A stretch of DNA of 64,000 bases from Gammaproteobacteria bacterium (GCA_045563435.1 JBJLJD010000006.1:12390-76389); one strand, 5' to 3'. Shown: positions 32,398 through 39,699, counted from the stretch's first letter. A program made the numbers and translations. The notes: a model not told the origin generated them from the sequence alone.

Positions 32398-35058
32398 ATG
32401 AAATTATTTAAGCACCTAAAACTTTTTTTTTCATTAATTCTGCTAGTTGCGTGCGGCGGCGGTGGCGGTGGCGGCGGTGGAAGTTCTGGGGGTGGCAGTG
32501 AACCTACACCAGGACCAACTCCTGCACCTACTCCAGCTCCAGCACCTGAACGTTACAGTATTAGTGGAACAGTTTCTCTTGCTGCAGATGTAATTATTGA
32601 TTCAGATGTTCCAAACAAAGCATTTTCTTATCTCTCAAATAACTCTATTACCGAAGCTCAACCAGCTTTTGATCCAGTTTCAGTTCTGGGCTATGCGGGA
32701 CGTTTTACGGATAGTGAAGGAGATATTACAGATGATCCAATGGATGTATATGTTCTTAACATTGAAAACAAACAAATTAATGTAACCCTCAGACAAGTAA
32801 ATTCTGATTCTGATTTGGATTTATATGCATACTCTTCTGATGATCTAAGCAACCCACTTGTTTTTAGTACTGGAGCGGGAAATACAGAACAAGTATCTAT
32901 AAATGGGAATGGTGTTTTTTACATCTCTATTACCGCAGATTTAAATCAAAACGGCAGTAAATATGCATTAATTGTTGAGGAGCAAGCAAGCACTTCCAGT
33001 TTTGTTACTTCATCAGCAAGACAATCAAATAGAAATGCTTCAGCTAAAAAATTTGATACTGGTGAATTCATAATTATGAAAAAAAACAAATCTATTGAAC
33101 CTTCCTCTAGTGAGGAGGAATTATTGAAGCAAGCTTTTGGAGTTGATTACAAATTTAATAGAGCAAGGCTAGTGACACCAAGTTATGAAAATATTAAAAG
33201 ATATAAATCTTTAAAAACAATTGAAGACTCAACTAGAGAGTTTGGTATCAGCCAAAGAGACGCACTTGAAGTGCAAAAAATAAAAGCTATCGAATATCTA
33301 AGAGAGCAATTACCAAATTACTTTATTGAATTTAATCACATTTATTATCCTGATGCGGATCCAATTCCATTTTCAGCAGATCCTTTCTATAACGATTATC
33401 AGTGGAATTTACGACAAATTAAAACAAAAGAAGCTTTAGATTTAATTGGTCAAGATACCAAAGATGTTATTGTGGCTGTTTTAGACTCTGGGGCTCCTAG
33501 TAAAGATTCTCTTGCATGGATAAATTCAAGCTTTGTTGAAGATGGCTATGACTTTGTGAGAAGTACTGACTCTTCATTTGATGGAGATGGAATCGATAAT
33601 GACCCAACTGATCCTGATTTTTTACCTGTAAATAGTAGTGGAAATGTTGAGTACGGAAGTCATGGTTCTCATGTGGCAACAACAATTTCTGCTAAAAACG
33701 ATGGTAATGAAATTAATGGACTTGCAGCTAAAACTTTACCTCTAAGGGTATGCGGTTCAGATCAAAGTGAAAATGGCGGTGGGTGTTCTGGTTATGATCA
33801 GCTTCAAGCATTTTACTATGTCCAGGGAAAGGATAATGATTCAGGAGAAATATACGATGCTTCACAATATGGGGCTGTCTCTGTAATCAATATGAGTCTT
33901 GGTGGTGGTGGTAGTAATGAAGTCATTTGCGAAGAAATAAAAAATCTTAAGGATAACGGTATTTATGTAGTTGCTTCTGCAGGTAATGAGGGAAATTCTG
34001 CAATAAGATTTCCTGCCTCTTGTGAATTTGCATTTTCTGTTGCCTCTACAAAAGCAGACCAAAGAAAGTCGTCTTTTTCCTCATATAATGATTTTGTCGA
34101 TATAGCAGCACCTGGTGGCCAAACTTCAGAAGATTACGATGGAAATGATATTGGCGATGGAGTTATGGCATACAGCTTTAAAAATTCGTCTCATAACGGC
34201 ACTGACTATAAAGGACTCCAACTATATCAGGGCACTTCGATGGCAGCCCCTCATGTATCGGGTTATTTTGCTCTTCTTAGATTCCTTGATTCAGATTTAA
34301 CATATGAAGAAATAAATCTTCTGCTGAAATCTGAAAAATTGACAAATGATGTCGGTCCGGCTGGAAAAGACGAATACTTTGGCTATGGTTTAATGGATTT
34401 AAATAAGGGAATATCTTTTTTAAGAGAAGGTGTTAACTATGATTTACTGAGTTACGCTGAATTCTCACCAGCAAGAGTAAATTTAGGCTACTCACTTAAT
34501 GAGAGAATTTTTGAAATTAAAAAATATGGCAATGGAAGTCTTAGTGTTTCTGATTTCTACATTGTCAGCTTAGGTGTTCCAGCAGAGCAAAAACTCTCGG
34601 TAGAGGCAGTCAGTGTAGATGAAAATGGATTTGGGCAATACAAAGCAACAATCGACAGAAATGGACTCTCTAATGGTAGTACTGTTTTAAGAATAGAATT
34701 TTTGTTTAATGACGGAAGAAAAGCTGAAATTCCTGTGCTCATGCAAAATGGAGATCAAAAAATTAAAGCAACTGTTGATCAGTTATGGATATGTGCGGTA
34801 AATGATCAAAATCAAATCCAACCTTGTGATGTAATGCAAATGACTAATGGAACTGCTAATTATAGAATCAGAGAATTAACAAATGATACCTATACTGAAA
34901 TTTTTGCATGTACCACTTTAGAAGACAGATTATCCTTTAATGATCAAGGTATATGTGGATTAGCTGAACTTGAAGGCCAATATTTAAACAATATTGTGAT
35001 CAATGGTTCAAATGTTAATGATATTAATTTTAATATAAACCCTAACCTCTCTTTTTAA
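32398..35058 (+). CDS. subtilisin-family (S8) serine protease lipoprotein with a poly-Gly and Pro/Thr/Ala linker
   Basis: Lipobox LLVAC|G is followed by a Gly run, SSGGGS and EPTPGPTPAPTPAPAPE. The catalytic triad contexts are VAVLDSGAP (Asp), HGSHVATTI (His) and GTSMAAPHVSG (Ser). An N-terminal pre-peptidase-like beta domain and about 250 aa of C-terminal uncharacterised domains complete the protein. Confidence 0.88.
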   Translation: MKLFKHLKLFFSLILLVACGGGGGGGGGSSGGGSEPTPGPTPAPTPAPAPERYSISGTVSLAADVIIDSDVPNKAFSYLSNNSITEAQPAFDPVSVLGYAGRFTDSEGDITDDPMDVYVLNIENKQINVTLRQVNSDSDLDLYAYSSDDLSNPLVFSTGAGNTEQVSINGNGVFYISITADLNQNGSKYALIVEEQASTSSFVTSSARQSNRNASAKKFDTGEFIIMKKNKSIEPSSSEEELLKQAFGVDYKFNRARLVTPSYENIKRYKSLKTIEDSTREFGISQRDALEVQKIKAIEYLREQLPNYFIEFNHIYYPDADPIPFSADPFYNDYQWNLRQIKTKEALDLIGQDTKDVIVAVLDSGAPSKDSLAWINSSFVEDGYDFVRSTDSSFDGDGIDNDPTDPDFLPVNSSGNVEYGSHGSHVATTISAKNDGNEINGLAAKTLPLRVCGSDQSENGGGCSGYDQLQAFYYVQGKDNDSGEIYDASQYGAVSVINMSLGGGGSNEVICEEIKNLKDNGIYVVASAGNEGNSAIRFPASCEFAFSVASTKADQRKSSFSSYNDFVDIAAPGGQTSEDYDGNDIGDGVMAYSFKNSSHNGTDYKGLQLYQGTSMAAPHVSGYFALLRFLDSDLTYEEINLLLKSEKLTNDVGPAGKDEYFGYGLMDLNKGISFLREGVNYDLLSYAEFSPARVNLGYSLNERIFEIKKYGNGSLSVSDFYIVSLGVPAEQKLSVEAVSVDENGFGQYKATIDRNGLSNGSTVLRIEFLFNDGRKAEIPVLMQNGDQKIKATVDQLWICAVNDQNQIQPCDVMQMTNGTANYRIRELTNDTYTEIFACTTLEDRLSFNDQGICGLAELEGQYLNNIVINGSNVNDINFNINPNLSF
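32455..32481 (+). repeat. GGY triplet repeat (GGC GGC GGT GGC GGT GGC GGC GGT GGA) encoding the poly-Gly run
   Basis: Read directly from the sequence. It is a sharply GC-rich microsatellite-like tract in an AT-rich genome, in frame and immediately after the lipobox Cys codon (32452-32454). Confidence 0.9.
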
Positions 35059-35441
35059 TGTTCCTAAAAATATTTAAGTATGGGGGCACAAATGGTGTTG
35101 CCTTCATAGCAGATACAGCACTTCTTTTAACACTTGATTATTTGTTAAATGTTAGACGTGAATATATCGCTTTTGTGTGTTACTTATGTGGTTCATTGGT
35201 AAGTTATGTTTTAGCAAAAAGATTCGTATTTGAAAGTGGTTGGCTTAAAGAAAAACCAAGATTTGAATTCGTCGCTTATCTCTTTGGTGGCTTAATCGGA
35301 GCAATAATTACCGCACTTATATTTGCCCTTATGGCTTCGTTAGGATTTAATAACATTCTTTTTCAAAAAGTTGTATCAGGAGTAATAAGCTTCTTTACAG
35401 TTTTTGTATACAGAAACTATATAGTTTTCAGAAAACAATGA
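35058..35441 (+). CDS. GtrA-family membrane protein (polyprenyl-phosphate-sugar flippase-like)
   Basis: A 127-aa, 4-TM protein with the family pattern: K..KYGGTNGVAFIADTALL at the start, a central AKRFVFE, and a terminal YRNYIVFRK. Confidence 0.75.
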   Translation: MFLKIFKYGGTNGVAFIADTALLLTLDYLLNVRREYIAFVCYLCGSLVSYVLAKRFVFESGWLKEKPRFEFVAYLFGGLIGAIITALIFALMASLGFNNILFQKVVSGVISFFTVFVYRNYIVFRKQ

Positions 35442-36739
35442 ATAAGCAACTACTACTACTTAAAGAACGCTTTAGTGAAAAAATTAAGTTTTCCAAAGAA
35501 TATTTAAATAAATATGGAAGGGACTGGTATCAGGGATTGACACCATCACCTATAGCAATTTTTTTCCCAGAAAATGAAGAGGATGTGATAGACCTTATTG
35601 ATTTCGCCTCCAAAAATAAATTAAAAATCGTTATTTCAGGAGGAAGAACAGGTTTAAATGGTGGGGCTACAGCAACCGATGGTGAAATAGTGTTAAGTAC
35701 TGAAAAACTTAACAAGATCCAATGGAATGAAGAAAATAATGAAGTTATTTGCCAGCCAGGAGTAATAACAGATAATGCAAAAAAATTAGTAGAAGAAAAA
35801 GGTAGATTTTTACCAATCGAATTTTCTTCAACTTCATCTAGCTCGATTGGAGGGAATGTTGCTACAAATGCTGCAGGTGCAAAATTTATAAAATATGGCT
35901 CGACCAAAGATCATGTAACAGGTATTAATATAATTCTGCCTTCAGGTAAAAAAATTCAACTATCAAAAAGATCTCTTAAAGATGCAACAGGGCCAAATTT
36001 AATGGAGATATTTTACGGCTCGGAGGGAGTATTAGGCTTAATAACCTTAGTTACCCTCAAAACTTATCCAATGATGGACTTTAAAGAAACAGTTTTAATA
36101 AAAGCAAATAACCTCAACACTGTGCAATCAAAATTAATTAATAAAAAGAATGAGCTAATTTCCTCTTTAGAATTTTGGGATAAGAATTGCCATGCATTGA
36201 CAGGAGGAGAAGTTGATTCGGATTATATAATTTTATTAGAGCTCGTCTCCCAAGAGAAAAAAGAAATTGAAAACTTTTTAGAAAATATTTCTGAAAAATT
36301 TGGAGATTCGGTAAGTCTTCTTAACTCAAAACAAGCGACAGAGATGTGGAGTGCAAGAGAAAACATACCTGTTCTTTTATCAGACATGAATGCTTATAAG
36401 TTAGATATCTGTGTTCCTCTTAAATCACTTCAGAAATATTTAGAAGATATAAATGCTTTAAACCTAGGAGTAAAAATTTATTCTTTTGGTCATCTTGGAG
36501 ATGGCAATGTCCATATAAATTTAGTTGGTGATGAAGAAATAAATGAGAGTAAAAATAAGATTTATGAAGTTACAAAAATGCACTCTGGATCTCCCAGCGC
36601 AGAACATGGCATTGGTCAGAGAAAAAAATACATTTGGACAACTTTTTCTGATTATTCTGACAAACATGAATTGCTTAAAACCCTTAAAAAATCAATAGAT
36701 CCAGAGAATATAATGGGGCCAAAAGTTTTTTTTGATTAG
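35438..36739 (+). CDS. FAD-linked oxidase (GlcD / D-2-hydroxyacid dehydrogenase-like)
   Basis: It has an N-terminal PCMH-type FAD-binding domain (VISGGRTGLNGGA, SIGGNVATNAAG). FGHLGDGNVHIN and SAEHGIGQRKK are typical of the GlcD/D-LDH C-terminal domain. The ATGA overlap joins it to the upstream GtrA gene. Confidence 0.8.
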   Translation: MNKQLLLLKERFSEKIKFSKEYLNKYGRDWYQGLTPSPIAIFFPENEEDVIDLIDFASKNKLKIVISGGRTGLNGGATATDGEIVLSTEKLNKIQWNEENNEVICQPGVITDNAKKLVEEKGRFLPIEFSSTSSSSIGGNVATNAAGAKFIKYGSTKDHVTGINIILPSGKKIQLSKRSLKDATGPNLMEIFYGSEGVLGLITLVTLKTYPMMDFKETVLIKANNLNTVQSKLINKKNELISSLEFWDKNCHALTGGEVDSDYIILLELVSQEKKEIENFLENISEKFGDSVSLLNSKQATEMWSARENIPVLLSDMNAYKLDICVPLKSLQKYLEDINALNLGVKIYSFGHLGDGNVHINLVGDEEINESKNKIYEVTKMHSGSPSAEHGIGQRKKYIWTTFSDYSDKHELLKTLKKSIDPENIMGPKVFFD

Positions 36740-36829
36740 TGTAATTCTTACAGACCAAGTATGAATAAGGGTTTTAGGACTTTTCTTAGTTCATAATAGT
36801 TATTTATATCTCTCCATACCCGTATTAAT

Positions 36830-36901
36830 TGAAATAGTTCATCAATTTAAATTAATTTGTCAAAAGTACCCTATTTTGTACCATATCCTTGAACTATTTC
36901 A
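36830..36901. promoter_or_regulatory. pair of 12-bp perfectly reverse-complementary boxes (TGAAATAGTTCA at 36830-36841 and TGAACTATTTCA at 36890-36901), 60 bp start to start
   Basis: Read directly. Each box with its flanks reads TTGA-N6-TCAT. The second box ends 1 nt before the Shine-Dalgarno GGGGGAA of the first small ORF. Confidence 0.6.
36857..36884 (+). promoter_or_regulatory. weak candidate sigma70 promoter for the small-membrane-protein pair
   Basis: TTGTCA (36857-36862), a 16-nt spacer, then TACCAT (36879-36884). It lies between the two inverted boxes. Pattern match only. Confidence 0.3.
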
Positions 36902-36911
36902 TGGGGGAATT

Positions 36912-37139
36912 ATGGATAGTGTTATGAAAACAGTAAGAGACTTTATTACAGGTCTCACTGGTGTTTTAGCAAGTGTAATCGGTCTTGGGATCGTTGCAGC
37001 AATCGTCTTTGGTGGCGAAGTTTATTTCTTCGGAAATGTAATTGATACCATTATGGGTTACGTCGTTATGTTAGGTGATAATGGATTGGCTGGTCTAATC
37101 GTATTACTTATCGTAATGGGTGTGCTAAACATTAAATAA
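36912..37139 (+). CDS. small two-helix membrane protein, paralog A (75 aa), unknown family
   Basis: ATG 36912 is preceded by GGGGGAA (36903-36909). The protein has two hydrophobic helices and aligns without gaps to the next ORF. The track start at 36876 is an upstream TTG extension. Confidence 0.65.
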   Translation: MDSVMKTVRDFITGLTGVLASVIGLGIVAAIVFGGEVYFFGNVIDTIMGYVVMLGDNGLAGLIVLLIVMGVLNIK

Positions 37140-37148
37140 CGATAGTTT

Positions 37149-37170
37149 GCATGGGGGGTAACCCCCATGC
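37149..37170 (+). terminator. intercistronic GC-rich hairpin (9-bp stem GCATGGGGG/CCCCCATGC, GUAA tetraloop); attenuator or mRNA-stability element
   Basis: Read directly. It is followed by TCTTTAAGG rather than a clean U-tract, so it is at best a partial intrinsic terminator. It sits 10 nt after the stop of paralog A and 10 nt before the ATG of paralog B. Confidence 0.5.
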
Positions 37171-37180
37171 TCTTTAAGGT

Positions 37181-37414
37181 ATGAAATTTTTCGATTTCAA
37201 TTTCAAAAAAATAAAAGATTTTCTAAACTCTTTAACTGAAGTTTTACTGGTTCTGGTTTCAGCTTCTTTATTATTAGGCATTATTTTTGGTCCGGAAACT
37301 GCATTTGTTGGTCAGGTCTACACAAATTTTGTCGCAATTTTAGACATGATTGGACAGCAAGGATTGATAGCTTTAGTTTCTCTAATAATAATCTTTAGTA
37401 TTCTTAAAAAATAG
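37181..37414 (+). CDS. small two-helix membrane protein, paralog B (77 aa), unknown family
   Basis: It has the same architecture as paralog A and shares the D-F..LT.VL, I.FG.E..F.G.V and G..GL..L..L.I patterns. Confidence 0.65.
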   Translation: MKFFDFNFKKIKDFLNSLTEVLLVLVSASLLLGIIFGPETAFVGQVYTNFVAILDMIGQQGLIALVSLIIIFSILKK

Positions 37415-37422
37415 CTATCGAT

Positions 37423-37499
37423 TGGTGGCTATGCTTGGACTTGAACCAAGGACCTCAGCATTATGAATGCTGCGCTCTAACCAGCTGAGCTACATAGCC
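37423..37499 (-). tRNA. elongator tRNA-Met (CAT)
   Basis: The reverse complement reads GGCTATGTAGCTCAGCTGGTTAGAGCGCAGCATTCATAATGCTGAGGTCCTTGGTTCAAGTCCAAGCATAGCCACCA. The acceptor and D arms closely resemble E. coli elongator tRNA-Met. A lysidine-modified tRNA-Ile2 cannot be excluded from sequence alone. Confidence 0.85.
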
Positions 37500-37522
37500 A
37501 AGATTCTGATAATAATAAGTTT

Positions 37523-38629
37523 TTATTTAGTGTCAATCTTTTCCCGAAGATTTAAATAATTCAAGGAGAATGTATATATAGCAGGTACTAAAATAGCTAA
37601 ATATACTCTTGAATCAACCTTTGGAAAAATAATGAATTTTATAATAATTGCCACCGACAAGCTTAAGGCAATGAGATTAATCCATTGAGATTTATTTTCT
37701 AATACAAAATAAGCACTCAAGAAGATTATGATAAAAGTTAGAGAGAACCAACCTACATAATTAATATCATTTAGAACCCATAAAGTATTTCCGATTAAAA
37801 TTTCAAAATACTGATTTAAATCAAACGATGGATCAAAAAGATTTAAATTGCTTTGTGTACTTACAAGACTTGTATAAAAATGACTCCACCAACCATTATG
37901 TGAAATACTAGCTGAAATCAAAAAGTATATTGATAAGAAAATAATTGAGTTAAATATTGGCATGCGAAAATCTTTTTTTGTCAGTGGTAATAATCCTGTA
38001 AGGCCAGCTGCCACAATCATGTCAGGTCTAAATGTAAGCGTTAATGCCATAATAAGATAAGAGGCATAAAGTTTATTCTTCACTAAAAACATTACTGAAA
38101 TTAAAAAAAGTAGTGCGGTGATTGCATCAGGAGTCATGAGTTTCGCAAGAAATAAAAATTGAGAAAAGAAAACCAATGGAATCCATAAGAATTGCAAAAA
38201 GTTCTTTTGAAAAAAGAAAGTTATAAAAAATAATAAAGTCATAATTAATGTAGAAAAAATAGAAATATATTTCATGGATTGATATTCATTCAATCCAGTA
38301 AATAACTTCACTGCTTTAATTAGAGCAATATAGCCGGGTTTTAGTGCATACATTGGCATCATAGACTTAAGGTTTTCTGGGCTATCAAACTGATCTTGTC
38401 TATATTTTCCAGTACAGCAAAGTGTTTGAAAAAGACCAGGATCAACTTCGTCTTTTAAAGTTTTATATGTGTATCCGTGAGCTTCATCAGTAGATTTGCC
38501 TTCATCAAGCTGAACTGCCATGGTGTAGGCTATTGCATCCCAATTATAGAAGTTTTCTGTATTAGCTTTTTGATAGAAAAAACTTAAAGTTATAAGTAAG
38601 AATGTAATATTCAGTACTCTTGAAATCAT
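37523..38629 (-). CDS. polytopic membrane protein, putative GT-C-type (lipid-carrier-dependent) glycosyltransferase
   Basis: The 368-aa protein has one N-terminal TM, then a roughly 90-aa soluble loop starting FYNWDAIAY with acidic residues, then about 9 further TM segments. Its start overlaps the stop of the upstream GT2-GtrA gene (ATGA). Assignment is by architecture and context, not by a recognised motif. Confidence 0.4.
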   Translation of the reverse strand: MISRVLNITFLLITLSFFYQKANTENFYNWDAIAYTMAVQLDEGKSTDEAHGYTYKTLKDEVDPGLFQTLCCTGKYRQDQFDSPENLKSMMPMYALKPGYIALIKAVKLFTGLNEYQSMKYISIFSTLIMTLLFFITFFFQKNFLQFLWIPLVFFSQFLFLAKLMTPDAITALLFLISVMFLVKNKLYASYLIMALTLTFRPDMIVAAGLTGLLPLTKKDFRMPIFNSIIFLSIYFLISASISHNGWWSHFYTSLVSTQSNLNLFDPSFDLNQYFEILIGNTLWVLNDINYVGWFSLTFIIIFLSAYFVLENKSQWINLIALSLSVAIIIKFIIFPKVDSRVYLAILVPAIYTFSLNYLNLREKIDTK

Positions 38630-39699
38630 TTTTTAAAGACCAGACTTACACTAAGAAAGTAATTCAATATTAACCCTGCTAAGATCCCAAATAAAGCAGA
38701 TGCAATTACTGAAAATTCACTTAGATAAAATTGTGATGCTACCCCAATATTTGCCAGGATGGAGAACGAATTTGCAAAACAATATTTAATTAATCCCTTA
38801 ACTCTTTCCATAAATAATTTATGAATATTATGAAAAGTCAGGTAATTATTGAGAAAATAGTTTGAACACATTGCCAGCACTGTGCTTAATGTATTCGCTA
38901 CGATAAAACCTACACTTTGTGTCACAAGAATATTAAGCATAACTAAATGGACAAACACCCCTAAAGTGCCTACAAAAGCAAACACTACAAAGTTTGCAGG
39001 AATGAATCCTCTAGATATATTCTCAAATATCTGCCCAACTAAATTAAATATAGTTGAAATGTTAAGCTTGCTTTCTCCAGCTATTCTGCTTCTAAAATCT
39101 ATTCCAACTTCTTTAACCCTCAATTGTTTATTTAGCATTAGAAGGTCAAATAAAATTTTAAAACCGTCTTTATAAAGTTTCTCTTGCAGATTGCCAAACT
39201 TTTGATTCGTTATCATGAAAAAACCAGACAGAGGGTCTGTAATTTTTTTACTTAAAAAGAAATTTGTAATTATTATTCCTAGATTGCTTAATGTATTTCT
39301 GGCAGTTGATAATCCATGTGTTTTTCTTTTATTCAAGAATCTTGAGCCAATAACAATATCAACTTCATTATTATCAAAGGCTTCAATGAATAGCTCCAAA
39401 TTTTTAGGATCGTGCTGTCCATCACCATCAATCACACAAATATGTTTTTTTGTAGATAACGCGTAACCCTCTACAACTGCTGATGAGAGTCCTTTTTTCC
39501 AGGTTCTTTTGATACAGGAAACTCTGCTATTTGATGTTGTATATTTTTTTACTGTCTCAGCAGTTCCATCTGGGCTATTATCATCAACAACAATAATCTC
39601 ATAATCACAATTTTTCAGAGTATTTTCTACTTCTTTGATGACCCTAAGAATATTTTGCGATTCATTGAAAGTTGGGATTATTACACTAACTTCAAACAT
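38626..39699 (-). CDS. GT2 polyprenyl-phosphate glycosyltransferase (GtrB/Dpm1/ArnC-like) fused to a C-terminal GtrA-like 4-TM domain
   Basis: VSVIIPTFNES, IIVVDDNSPDGT and VIDGDGQHDP are GT2 DxD-type motifs. The C-terminal 120 aa (FVGTLGVFVHL...CSNYFLNNYLTF...LNYFLSVSLVFKK) matches the GtrA pattern. Confidence 0.8.
   Translation of the reverse strand: MFEVSVIIPTFNESQNILRVIKEVENTLKNCDYEIIVVDDNSPDGTAETVKKYTTSNSRVSCIKRTWKKGLSSAVVEGYALSTKKHICVIDGDGQHDPKNLELFIEAFDNNEVDIVIGSRFLNKRKTHGLSTARNTLSNLGIIITNFFLSKKITDPLSGFFMITNQKFGNLQEKLYKDGFKILFDLLMLNKQLRVKEVGIDFRSRIAGESKLNISTIFNLVGQIFENISRGFIPANFVVFAFVGTLGVFVHLVMLNILVTQSVGFIVANTLSTVLAMCSNYFLNNYLTFHNIHKLFMERVKGLIKYCFANSFSILANIGVASQFYLSEFSVIASALFGILAGLILNYFLSVSLVFKK

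Noticed and set aside
32455-32481. The GGY repeat as an on/off phase-variation switch.
   Set aside because: The unit is a trinucleotide in frame, so slippage changes the Gly count and does not shift the reading frame. Only linker-length variation is plausible.
35438-36739. The FAD oxidase as a DprE1-type polyprenyl-phosphate-sugar epimerase component.
   Set aside because: The C-terminal motifs (GHLGDGNVH, AEHGIG) are those of GlcD/D-2-hydroxyacid dehydrogenases rather than DprE1/ALO-type enzymes. No DprE2-like SDR partner is adjacent. I kept it only as a low-interest lead.
36761-36796. An 11-codon mini-ORF (MNKGFRTFLSS) in the long intergenic region as a possible leader peptide.
   Set aside because: It has no Shine-Dalgarno, no regulatory-codon enrichment and no obvious alternative pairing linked to it. 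Short ORFs of this size are expected by chance in AT-rich DNA.
36912-37414. The small paralogous proteins as VirB2/TrbC-type conjugative pilins, Flp pilins or double-glycine-leader two-peptide bacteriocins.
   Set aside because: They have no cleavable signal or leader: the N-terminus runs straight into the first TM and there is no G/XXXXEY Flp motif or hydrophilic GG leader. No type IV secretion, Tad, or bacteriocin ABC exporter or immunity genes occur anywhere in the window.
32398-37499. The accessory-looking block next to tRNA-Met as a tRNA-targeted genomic island.
   Set aside because: I saw no integrase, recombinase, transposase or phage genes. I noticed no direct repeat of the tRNA 3' end, and composition looks like the rest of the window apart from the short Gly/Pro linker. 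A proper repeat search would still be worthwhile.
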